Source of the DNA: a virus
Strand: one strand, 5' to 3'
Length of the DNA: 64,000 nucleotides
Virus record (IMG/VR): IMGVR_UViG_3300029774_000001
Part shown: in pieces, positions 52,073 through 60,362 of the stretch
Layout: every line of letters begins with the position of its first letter
Numbering within the stretch: the first letter of the stretch is position 1
Notes under the pieces: generated by a model
Database searches by the model: none
Seen by the model: only the letters and a program-made list of their open reading frames with translations
Told to the model about the DNA's origin: nothing
Position numbers and translations under genes: made by a program

Positions 52073-55000
52073 ATGGGAAAGAGAAAAGGAAAGATAATAC
52101 AAAAAGCGGAAAAGCCGGATTTGGTTGCAAGTCTTTCGAGTTTGTCCATTGAAGAGATAGACATGCTGCAAAAGGCTGCACCTATGGCATTCCAAAGCAA
52201 ATTGCAGGCTGCGTTAAACTCAAACGATGCAGGGGAGATAATGAAGGCTAATTTGTATCTGGGAGAAATCAATAGACAGCCTACAAAAATTCAGTCTGTT
52301 TTCTTTGACCCTAACGACATATCTGGTAACGGAAGAGGATTCAAGGATTCTAAAGGGGTTCTGTCCTTTTCCGTATTGCGCCGGATGGGGGACATTCATA
52401 TAGTGAAAAGTATCGTGTCTACACGCGTGGAGCAGATAATGAACTTTATGGACTTTTCGGAAGACGAGCAGAAGGAGGGTTTCACAATCAGAAAGAAGAA
52501 GAGCCTTTTTTCTACCGGGGATGAGAAATTGACAAACGAGGACAAGAAAAAGATTTCAAAGATAGTTGATTTCCTGGAAAAGGGAGGATGGACGGACAAA
52601 TGGGACAATGTGGACAGTTTGCAGGAATTTGTAAGTAAAATAATGTCGGATAGTCTTACATTAGACCAGTTGGCCTTTGAAATGGTCCGCAACAGAATGT
52701 GGGAATTGCAGAAGTTCCGCGCTGTGGATGCTTCTCTGATACGTTTTCTTGACAGCGTAGACCCCAGACAAAGGGAAGGTTTCGAGCAGTACAGATTCAA
52801 GGGGCATTTGCCGCGTTACTGCATGGTGTGGGATGAAATGATTCTTCATAACCCTATAACGAAGGAACCGATATTGTATTACCCATGGGAGCTTGGATTC
52901 GGTATCAGAAACAAGACATCTGATGTAAGAAGAAACGGGTATGGAGTATCGGAATTGGAAACGTTGGTGAATATCATAACCTGGATATTATGGGGCTTTT
53001 CTTATAATGCGAATTTCTTTTGCGTTTCACCGGAAACACTCGTTACGACGAATAAGGGTTTAAGAAGAATAAAGGATTTGGTAGGTACAGAATTTGAAGT
53101 TTTTGACGGTGTGGAATACTGTAAGGCATCCGCATATAAGACAAGAATAGATGATTTGTACGAAACAAGACTGTATAACGGCTTAAAGATAAGAACAAGC
53201 CGCGAACACAGATTCTTGACTATAACGGATAAAGATAAATCTCCTAAATGGAAAGAACAAAAGGATTTGACTACGGATGATTATTGTTTAGTAGATATAA
53301 ATACTTATGGAGATTTTCATGAGGAAGATTATTTCATAGGAAGAGAATATTTTAGAGAATTTACTAACCCAACAAAGGAAGCTGTTCTTAAAAAAGAAAA
53401 AACTTTTACCCCTTCTTTGGAGATGGTGAAAGATAAGTATTTTTGGGAAATGATTGGTTTTGCTTTAGGGGATGGTACCTGGTTGGAACATATACTTGAA
53501 ATTTTCCCACACCATACAAAAGATAAAAAACTTTTTGGTGATTTCTCTAAAGTGTTGGATAAATACGGAATAAATTATCGTATAAAGAAAGGCAATCCTT
53601 CCACACAAAGAAGTGACGGGGAATATGGATATCCGTATATATTCATATATGACACATGCTTTATCGACTGGCTTATAAGCATAGGATTCGGATATACAAG
53701 AGATAAGAAGATACCCGTTTCCGTATTTAACTTGCCGGAAGAGTTGAGATGCGCGTTTTTGAGAGGATTGTTTTCGGCAGACGGACATACTTCTGCAAAT
53801 ATAATGGGATATAAAACTCCTACTATATGTTGTGTGAATAATGATTTGAGGCAAGATATATTACAATTATTATTAAGCGTTGGGGTTGCTGCGAGAGAGT
53901 GCAATAGAAGTAAAAGCAGATATAATGACCCAGTAACACTTGTTATTCAAGATGTAATGTCTTTTGTTGATAAAATAGGTTATTTGCAAGACTATAAAAA
54001 TGAAGGTATATCAAGAGGAGAAAGGACAAAGGGCAAATGGGATTTGGTACCTAATTCTTTGGCTTTGGATATACTGGAAAACAACAGGGGAGGTGACATA
54101 TCTTTCTCGAAGCATCATGTGAAAAAAGGTGGAAGGATAAGCAGAGGTAAGCTTATAAGGGTTCTGACAGAGGCGGGATGTAGCGTGCCGGAAATATTGA
54201 ATTATCATTTCTATAAGGTAATGGACAATTCCAGACTTGTAAAGGAGAAGGAACAACTTTATGATATAGAGGTATTCAATGACAAGCATATATTTCTTGC
54301 CAATTATACGGCAGTCCATAACTGCCAGGGTTCACAGCCTAAAGGGTTTATTAACATAAAGAACCCTAATATATCAAACAGTACATTGCAGGAGTTTAGG
54401 CAGGCATGGACGCAAACGATGGCGGGGGTTAGCAACAGTCACCGCACACCCGTTATAAACGGTATAGATTTGGAATGGGTTGATTTACAGAAACTTAGCA
54501 ATCGTGATATGGAATTCAACGAGTGGATAAAATTCCTTATCATAATGACATGTTCCGTATACCGTATAGACCCATCCGAACTTGGATTTAATTTCAAGGA
54601 AAGTCAGCAGATATTCGGACAGGACGGACAGCGCGAAAGATTGAAGCACAGCCGGGAAAAAGGATTGAAGCCTCTATTGATATTCTTGCAGGGTGTCATT
54701 ACAAAGTACATTGTGAGCGAGTTGGACGAAAACTACGAGTTTGCATTTACCGGAATAGAGGTGGAAGACGAAGAAGCACAGGTAAAACTGGATTCTGAAA
54801 AACTGAGTAGCGGCATGGTTGCCATGCAGGATATATTCAAGAAGTATAACGGAAGGGATTTTGACCCGGAAAAGGACATCATTCTTAACCAGGTGTACCA
54901 GGGGATGAAACAGGCAGAAGAACAGAATAAAATGTTCGGAGCTTCACAGCCTGGACAGCAGCCGGAAGGTGTACCGGAAGACGAGGAAGACCCGTTCGCA

Positions 55001-55075
55001 CAATACAAATCGTTTAACGATAATCCTATAATGAAACCAGCAGTTGACTATTATTTAAAAAATCTTTACAAATAA
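52073..55075 (+). CDS. portal protein (tentative) interrupted by an intein
   Basis: 1000 aa from ATG 52073 (the track start at 52064 is TTG), or about 566 aa without the intein. It is the first large gene of a portal ... protease, scaffold, capsid series. The portal assignment rests on size and synteny only. Confidence 0.6.
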   Translation: MGKRKGKIIQKAEKPDLVASLSSLSIEEIDMLQKAAPMAFQSKLQAALNSNDAGEIMKANLYLGEINRQPTKIQSVFFDPNDISGNGRGFKDSKGVLSFSVLRRMGDIHIVKSIVSTRVEQIMNFMDFSEDEQKEGFTIRKKKSLFSTGDEKLTNEDKKKISKIVDFLEKGGWTDKWDNVDSLQEFVSKIMSDSLTLDQLAFEMVRNRMWELQKFRAVDASLIRFLDSVDPRQREGFEQYRFKGHLPRYCMVWDEMILHNPITKEPILYYPWELGFGIRNKTSDVRRNGYGVSELETLVNIITWILWGFSYNANFFCVSPETLVTTNKGLRRIKDLVGTEFEVFDGVEYCKASAYKTRIDDLYETRLYNGLKIRTSREHRFLTITDKDKSPKWKEQKDLTTDDYCLVDINTYGDFHEEDYFIGREYFREFTNPTKEAVLKKEKTFTPSLEMVKDKYFWEMIGFALGDGTWLEHILEIFPHHTKDKKLFGDFSKVLDKYGINYRIKKGNPSTQRSDGEYGYPYIFIYDTCFIDWLISIGFGYTRDKKIPVSVFNLPEELRCAFLRGLFSADGHTSANIMGYKTPTICCVNNDLRQDILQLLLSVGVAARECNRSKSRYNDPVTLVIQDVMSFVDKIGYLQDYKNEGISRGERTKGKWDLVPNSLALDILENNRGGDISFSKHHVKKGGRISRGKLIRVLTEAGCSVPEILNYHFYKVMDNSRLVKEKEQLYDIEVFNDKHIFLANYTAVHNCQGSQPKGFINIKNPNISNSTLQEFRQAWTQTMAGVSNSHRTPVINGIDLEWVDLQKLSNRDMEFNEWIKFLIIMTCSVYRIDPSELGFNFKESQQIFGQDGQRERLKHSREKGLKPLLIFLQGVITKYIVSELDENYEFAFTGIEVEDEEAQVKLDSEKLSSGMVAMQDIFKKYNGRDFDPEKDIILNQVYQGMKQAEEQNKMFGASQPGQQPEGVPEDEEDPFAQYKSFNDNPIMKPAVDYYLKNLYK
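53021..54322 (+). mobile_element. intein with LAGLIDADG homing-endonuclease domain (434 codons)
   Basis: N-junction 'NANFF|CVSPETLVTT' and C-junction 'ANYTAVHN|CQGSQ'. Block B 'TSREHRFL'. LAGLIDADG blocks 'WEMIGFALGDGTW' and 'AFLRGLFSADGHT'. In frame with the host ORF. Confidence 0.85.
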
Positions 55076-55081
55076 GGAATT

Positions 55082-56011
55082 ATGGAAAGTTTCGATGATT
55101 TAAAGTTAGAAAGATATATAAACAAGGCTCTTTTGGAAAAGAGTTTGGGAAGACCAGAAATGTATGACGGGCTTCTGGAGATTGCGAAGGCACAACAAGG
55201 CGTATATGTGAACAACGCGGTAAACCGGAAGCTTGGCATTGTTGGGCTGCCATACAAGAAAAGAAAGGCTACGGAGGAAGAGAAAGCCGATTTAACCAAG
55301 ACAACAGAAGACCTTTATAAGGAAGGTAGTGCGTGGAAACGAGACAGACAGATTAAAGTACATAACAAAGTGAAGTCTGAATATCGGAAGAAAATGCTAT
55401 TTGAGACAAAACCGCGTGCTTACTTAATGCTTGGCGGTGGTGGTTCGGGCAAAGGGTATTATCTTAAGAAGATGAAGGAGAAAGACCCTTCTATTGATAA
55501 ACTTCCAGTTATTGATGTGGACGATATGCGTGACATGATACCGGATTATGAAAGGGTGAAGGGAATAGACCCAAAGAAAGCTTCATCCTATGTGCATGAG
55601 GAAGTATCGGATATAGGTAAAGCGATAGACAAGGAATATATAAAATCTAAATCTTCTTTTGTAAAAGATGCTGTATTTGGAAACCCGGCAAAACTTGAAA
55701 AATTGGTTGATGAATTGAAGGCACAAGGTTACGATGTCCATTTGGTAGGCGTGGCAACCGATTTCAGTACGGTTTTGGATAGAATACAGAAACGTTTTGA
55801 GAGAACGAAACGGTATGTTCCTACAGAAGTGGCGAAAAAAGGACATAAAGGAGCGTCCGAATCTTTCAAGAAAGTTATCGAAACTCCGTTGAAAGATAAA
55901 TTCAAGTCCGTTAAATTGTATGACGGAAATTCCGATAATGGAGTGATTTATGATAACAAAGTGTTAAATCAAAAAGAACTTGATAGGTTTCTTAAAAAAA
56001 TAGACTTATAA
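55082..56011 (+). CDS. zeta-toxin-like P-loop kinase with N-terminal 'NRKLGIVG' motif
   Basis: Walker A 'LMLGGGGSGKGYYL', 'PVIDVDDMRDMIPDY', 'GYDVHLVGVATDFSTVLDRIQKRFERTKRYVP'. The N-terminal 'GVYVNNAVNRKLGIVGLPY' is a motif I associate with phage polyvalent/MuF-linked proteins. Confidence 0.6.
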   Translation: MESFDDLKLERYINKALLEKSLGRPEMYDGLLEIAKAQQGVYVNNAVNRKLGIVGLPYKKRKATEEEKADLTKTTEDLYKEGSAWKRDRQIKVHNKVKSEYRKKMLFETKPRAYLMLGGGGSGKGYYLKKMKEKDPSIDKLPVIDVDDMRDMIPDYERVKGIDPKKASSYVHEEVSDIGKAIDKEYIKSKSSFVKDAVFGNPAKLEKLVDELKAQGYDVHLVGVATDFSTVLDRIQKRFERTKRYVPTEVAKKGHKGASESFKKVIETPLKDKFKSVKLYDGNSDNGVIYDNKVLNQKELDRFLKKIDL

Positions 56012-56012
56012 A

Positions 56013-56044
56013 TTTGTTCAATTCTGAACAGTTTTGTATATTTG
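56013..56044 (+). promoter_or_regulatory. Bacteroidota-type promoter (-33 TTTG / -7 TAtaTTTG)
   Basis: TTTG at 56013..56016 and TAtaTTTG at 56037..56044, 20-nt spacing, 29 nt upstream of ATG 56074. Confidence 0.55.
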
Positions 56045-56073
56045 CATAGAAACTTAAAGAAAGGAGTAAAATT

Positions 56074-56310
56074 ATGGCAAAGAAAAAGTACGGAATTGAT
56101 ATGACGGCTGACGAATGGTTTGAGATTGAAGAACGTGGAATGGGCGAAGGTTGGACGATGGAAGAAGTTGCAGCTTTAGGTCCAGAAGGTAGAGAGTTTC
56201 ATAGAAGCGCTCCATATAATCCTTACTTCCCGAAACCAGATATGTCTATTTTTAACGAAGACCTTTATGATGGTTATAAGATAAAGAAGAATGTCGGAAA
56301 AGAAAGTTGA
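56074..56310 (+). CDS. hypothetical protein
   Basis: 78-aa ORF. Confidence 0.55.
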   Translation: MAKKKYGIDMTADEWFEIEERGMGEGWTMEEVAALGPEGREFHRSAPYNPYFPKPDMSIFNEDLYDGYKIKKNVGKES

Positions 56311-56491
56311 TGGTATAAGAACCCCTTTGGTATCGCGTCTTATTGGAGTGAAAAGACACGTGAAAGACCCTATCAGATATCCGAAAATACAATGCGGTTA
56401 TGAAGGTCTTGCACAGACCATGTTTGCCACACAGTCGGACGCGATGATAAAGGAGCTTGTAAAGGAAATGATAAAATCGGTTGAAAGATGA
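56291..56491 (+). CDS. hypothetical protein
   Basis: 66-aa ORF overlapping both neighbours. Confidence 0.45.
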   Translation: MSEKKVDGIRTPLVSRLIGVKRHVKDPIRYPKIQCGYEGLAQTMFATQSDAMIKELVKEMIKSVER

Positions 56492-57441
56492 TATTCACAC
56501 CGGAAGAGATACAAAAACTATATGATATAATAGACTACCGTCTTGCAAGAATTGTAGCCGATGTAATGGGGGATGAACTGTTGACACCGGAAGACAAGTC
56601 TTTGTTAAGACGGTATGGCTATAAATGGAGAAGGGAGATAGAAAAGTTACCACCCTATTTTCAATCCTATCTGTTTGGAAGGTTGAGTGCACAACTGACG
56701 CCTTCCCAATTGTCTACACTCAATTTTGACGATTTTACCAAGTATATAGACCGTCATCAGTGGGCAGCACTTACACCGTTGGAACAGGAAGTGTATTATG
56801 CAGCAGCAACACGTACATACTCCTATATAAAGACGATGGGAGAACGGTCCAAAACGATAATGTCTAATGCCGTATCGGAAGAAGAAGTAAAAGTTCTTGT
56901 GGAACAGCAAAGACAATTGGAGCTTGGAACGATAAAGAAGGAAATGATAGAAGGCGCTCTGAAAAAGAAGTCCGTGCAGAACATTGTCAGTAATATAGGG
57001 CATTCCCTGGAAGACTGGAACCGTGATTGGGGGCGTATAGTGGAAACCGAAATGCAGAACATATATCAAACTGGGGTAGCCCAGCAGATAATGAAGGAAC
57101 AGGGAGCGGACGCGCTTGTATATAAAGAGGTATTCAGTGGAGCGTGCCAGCACTGTATAAAGTTTTACACCACGGCAGGGATAGGAAGTAAACCGAGGAT
57201 ATTCAAGCTTATAGACCTTATAAACAACGGGGACAATATAGGGAAGAAAGTTAAAGATTGGAAACCAGTGTTAAATAGTGTTCACCCATTCTGTCGTTGT
57301 GACCTTAAGGAGGTACCTAAAGGTATGGTTTGGAATGACGAGACGCATTCGTTTGAACCGCCTAAAGAACCATACAAGAGACAGGTAGAGAGAAAGAGTA
57401 AAGTAAAAATATATGTTGGAGATAAAAAGTTTGAGGTATGA
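56488..57441 (+). CDS. Mu F / SPP1 gp7-like minor head protein
   Basis: C-terminal 'ACQHCIKFY ... NSVHPFCRCDLKEV' matches the C-x-x-C ... HPxCRC signature of the MuF family. Located in the head module. Confidence 0.7.
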   Translation: MIFTPEEIQKLYDIIDYRLARIVADVMGDELLTPEDKSLLRRYGYKWRREIEKLPPYFQSYLFGRLSAQLTPSQLSTLNFDDFTKYIDRHQWAALTPLEQEVYYAAATRTYSYIKTMGERSKTIMSNAVSEEEVKVLVEQQRQLELGTIKKEMIEGALKKKSVQNIVSNIGHSLEDWNRDWGRIVETEMQNIYQTGVAQQIMKEQGADALVYKEVFSGACQHCIKFYTTAGIGSKPRIFKLIDLINNGDNIGKKVKDWKPVLNSVHPFCRCDLKEVPKGMVWNDETHSFEPPKEPYKRQVERKSKVKIYVGDKKFEV

Positions 57442-58046
57442 GGTTCGGATATAAAGGAGATGTAGAGGTGTTGACCCTACGGAAGACAAGGGTAACAAAG
57501 GAATATGTAAAGGAAAGCGCGGAAGAGGTGGATGTGTACAACTGGGAGATTGTCCCGGTACGTCTGGACCAGATAAAGGAGGATGAGTATGTATTACTCT
57601 ATTGCATGATGAACAGTACGAACCTATTCAAGAAGGGGGTAAAGTGTATCGATTTCAAAGGCGAGATGGAAAATATTGTGTTAGACAATGGAGCGATAAT
57701 TTCTGTATGTGAAGATGCAAAACATCTCGTTTTTACAATGCCGCATCAAGTAACGATACCGCTTGTTGATGAAAAGACATTCGATGAATGGACCGATGAA
57801 GATTGTTTTGGAATAAATAGCGGAAGCAGTCGAAGGGGTGCTGATAAGGAGATAGAACAAGGAGATGTAGAGGAATACATAAAATTCTATAATGATAATC
57901 CGGAATATATGCATATGGGTGTGAGAACGGTAAAGATAAAGGAAAGAAGATTATCATTATATGAAGGGAAACTGTATAACATAGAGGCTGGTCCCGAATA
58001 CGCGCTTATAACTAAAAAAGGTTTGTTTTTGAAAACGGAGCATTGA
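57438..58046 (+). CDS. hypothetical protein with Hint-like sequence features
   Basis: 'CIDFKGEMENIVLDNGAIISVCEDAKHLVFT' and the C-terminal 'GKLYNIEAGPEYALITKKGLFLKTEH' resemble Hint N- and C-terminal blocks. This is an eye-level similarity only. Confidence 0.5.
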   Translation: MRFGYKGDVEVLTLRKTRVTKEYVKESAEEVDVYNWEIVPVRLDQIKEDEYVLLYCMMNSTNLFKKGVKCIDFKGEMENIVLDNGAIISVCEDAKHLVFTMPHQVTIPLVDEKTFDEWTDEDCFGINSGSSRRGADKEIEQGDVEEYIKFYNDNPEYMHMGVRTVKIKERRLSLYEGKLYNIEAGPEYALITKKGLFLKTEH

Positions 58047-58047
58047 T

Positions 58048-58473
58048 ATGATGGAAGGAGGGTTTAATACCGGGTTTGTGGAAATAAGGACGCTTGAAGG
58101 CGAGAAATTCCTAAAGGATATAAGGATTAATGAAGCCGTGAAGACAAGACATTCCTATACGCTTGTGGAAGGCTTGCATGTACGTGAAATGAAACCGCAA
58201 GAATCAGTGTATAACATCTATTTTAATGCAGGTAAGGAAGGTGTTCTTAACAGGATTTCGGGCGAACAAATGGTATGGACGTATGGAAAGAACTATCTTG
58301 TTCCGGTAAAAGTAAAGGAATTGAACATTTCCGACAGAATTGTTCTGTATGGGAACAAGAGGGGTAGGATTGACCGGATAGAAAAGGTGGAGACACTTAA
58401 CAGGTATTTTTATAAGCCCGAATTGAAGAAAAACACTTCCTATTATATTGATAATGTCTGTATTTTTGGATAG
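58048..58473 (+). CDS. hypothetical protein with Hint-like sequence features
   Basis: 'VKELNISDRIVLYG' and the C-terminal 'RYFYKPELKKNTSYYIDNVCIFG' resemble Hint blocks. This is an eye-level similarity only. Confidence 0.5.
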   Translation: MMEGGFNTGFVEIRTLEGEKFLKDIRINEAVKTRHSYTLVEGLHVREMKPQESVYNIYFNAGKEGVLNRISGEQMVWTYGKNYLVPVKVKELNISDRIVLYGNKRGRIDRIEKVETLNRYFYKPELKKNTSYYIDNVCIFG

Positions 58474-58513
58474 ATTGTGCAAAATTCGTATTTTAGCAGA
58501 AAAATTTGTAGCT

Positions 58514-60313
58514 ATGAATTTAAAGAAATTATTTCATTTACAGACAGCAGAACAAAAGGTGTCTGAATACAGGGAGTTGCTGAGACGCTCCGAAAAGATA
58601 GAAGCAAGAACAGAAGAGCTTGCAAACGAATTTGCCGAAAGAAGCCAGGTATTGAAAAGCTTCTCCCTGCTTGACAAGGACGAAAGAGAGATTTCGGAAG
58701 AGAAATACAACGAGTTCTTGAAGGAGCATACTTTACGGGTTGCACAATTGCAGAAAGACAGGGACAAGGTTTTCAAGGCTATTGCCGCCTTCCAGAAAGA
58801 CGAAGATATAGCGGAAGCCATTGCGGATGTATATGCGGTTCATGTAGCAAAGAAAGCATGGAAAAGCAAGAAGCTTTCCAAAAGTGCATACGATGATATC
58901 ATGAAGGCAAAGACCGGGGTAGTCAAGTATGCGGACGTGCTTTTGTTCAGAGGCAGTAAGTTGCTTATCCTACAAAGAGCAGGGGAACACATGAACTATA
59001 CACCCGATTGGTGCATACCTGGGGGACATGTTGACGAAGGAGAAGATTTCCGTACAGCCGCACAAAGAGAGCTTTTCGAGGAGACCGGGATAGACGTTCC
59101 GGAAGATACTCTTATGGAGGTCGGTGTAGCTAAAACGAAGAATGCGGAAATCCATTACTTCATGGGACACGTCGACGATGAATCCCCGGCTTTTGTGGTG
59201 GTTGACGGTGAGGAAGAAATCGGCAGTATGTGGATTGACCCAGTTACCGAACTGGAAGACTACGATTTCATCTTTGACATGAAAGACAATATCAAGAAGA
59301 TTTTGGGCTTGGAAGTGAAACCCAGCCCAGTAGAAATCGTGATGAAGGCTTTCCAGGAAAAGAAGGTGACGGAAGATGTGGTAAAGTCCGTGTGCGAGAA
59401 ATACCCTAAGGAGATACGGAAAGCGAACAACAAGACCGATTTTTCACACAGTGAAAGAAAGGACTTGGCAAAGAAAGGCGAGGCAATGCCGAACGGGAAA
59501 TACCCTATCAGAAATAGACAGGATTTGAAGGACGCTATTAAGTTGTCCGGTGCTTCTGATATGCCGAAAGAAAAGGTTAAGGCGTGGATTAAGAAACGTG
59601 CTAAAGAACTGGGTCTTGAAAGCGAATTGCCGGAAGACTGGAAAAGTAAGGAAGTTGAAAAGACGATGGACTGTAACGATGCGAATGCTATTTGCAAGGA
59701 AGATTTGGACGACAAGCCAAAAGTCCCGGAAGGTGACGGAATAGCAAAGAACGAGGAAACGGAAACTACGAACGAAGAAGCGAACAGCGAGGAAATAGAG
59801 AAGTCGGAAGATGGACTGACGGTTTCTATGAAGTTTTCTTCTGTGGAAGACGCGATGATATTCAAAAGTGTTATTTCCGAAATGATTCAAGAGGGGAAGG
59901 TGAAAGCCGATGTACTGGAAAAGGCAAAGAAGGAGGACAGTATGTATACGGTGTTTGCCGATTTCGCTAATTTCCTGGAAGGCGTTAAGACGCGTTCAAA
60001 AAATGTGCATTGGAAAGAGGAAGACAATGCCAAGCACAAGTATCTGGACGATTTGTTAGAGGAGCTTTCCGACTATGAAGATAAGATAATGGAAGCCGGA
60101 CAAAGCGGTTTCGGCCGTTTCAAGGACGGGGAGATAAACGGTGAAGAAATAGAGGTCAACGACCCTATAGAATTGGTGGACCTCATTATAGACCGTACAA
60201 GAGAATTCTATTCCAAGCTTGACAATAACCCCGAATATGCCGGGGAAAAGTCGTGGGTAGAAGACTTCATGGCAACACTCAAGCAAACTAAATATCGTTT
60301 ACAATTGCATTAA
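58514..60313 (+). CDS. large head-module protein with an internal Nudix hydrolase domain
   Basis: Track ORF 58448..60313 with ATG 58514 preferred. A perfect Nudix box 'GHVDEGEDFRTAAQRELFEETGI' (GX5EX7REUXEEXGU) lies at 59024..59092. It also has an N-terminal coiled coil, an acidic middle region, and a C-terminal 'NVHWKEEDNAKHKYLDDLLEELSDYEDKIME' Dps-like helix pattern. Confidence 0.7.
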   Translation: MNLKKLFHLQTAEQKVSEYRELLRRSEKIEARTEELANEFAERSQVLKSFSLLDKDEREISEEKYNEFLKEHTLRVAQLQKDRDKVFKAIAAFQKDEDIAEAIADVYAVHVAKKAWKSKKLSKSAYDDIMKAKTGVVKYADVLLFRGSKLLILQRAGEHMNYTPDWCIPGGHVDEGEDFRTAAQRELFEETGIDVPEDTLMEVGVAKTKNAEIHYFMGHVDDESPAFVVVDGEEEIGSMWIDPVTELEDYDFIFDMKDNIKKILGLEVKPSPVEIVMKAFQEKKVTEDVVKSVCEKYPKEIRKANNKTDFSHSERKDLAKKGEAMPNGKYPIRNRQDLKDAIKLSGASDMPKEKVKAWIKKRAKELGLESELPEDWKSKEVEKTMDCNDANAICKEDLDDKPKVPEGDGIAKNEETETTNEEANSEEIEKSEDGLTVSMKFSSVEDAMIFKSVISEMIQEGKVKADVLEKAKKEDSMYTVFADFANFLEGVKTRSKNVHWKEEDNAKHKYLDDLLEELSDYEDKIMEAGQSGFGRFKDGEINGEEIEVNDPIELVDLIIDRTREFYSKLDNNPEYAGEKSWVEDFMATLKQTKYRLQLH

Positions 60314-60324
60314 TTGTTTTGGGG

Positions 60325-60349
60325 AGGGGTGTAAACACCCCTTCTTTTT
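60325..60349 (+). terminator. rho-independent terminator
   Basis: Stem aggggtg (60325..60331) / cacccct (60336..60342), loop taaa, then tcttttta. Confidence 0.6.
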
Positions 60350-60362
60350 ATTAAAGGAAGAC

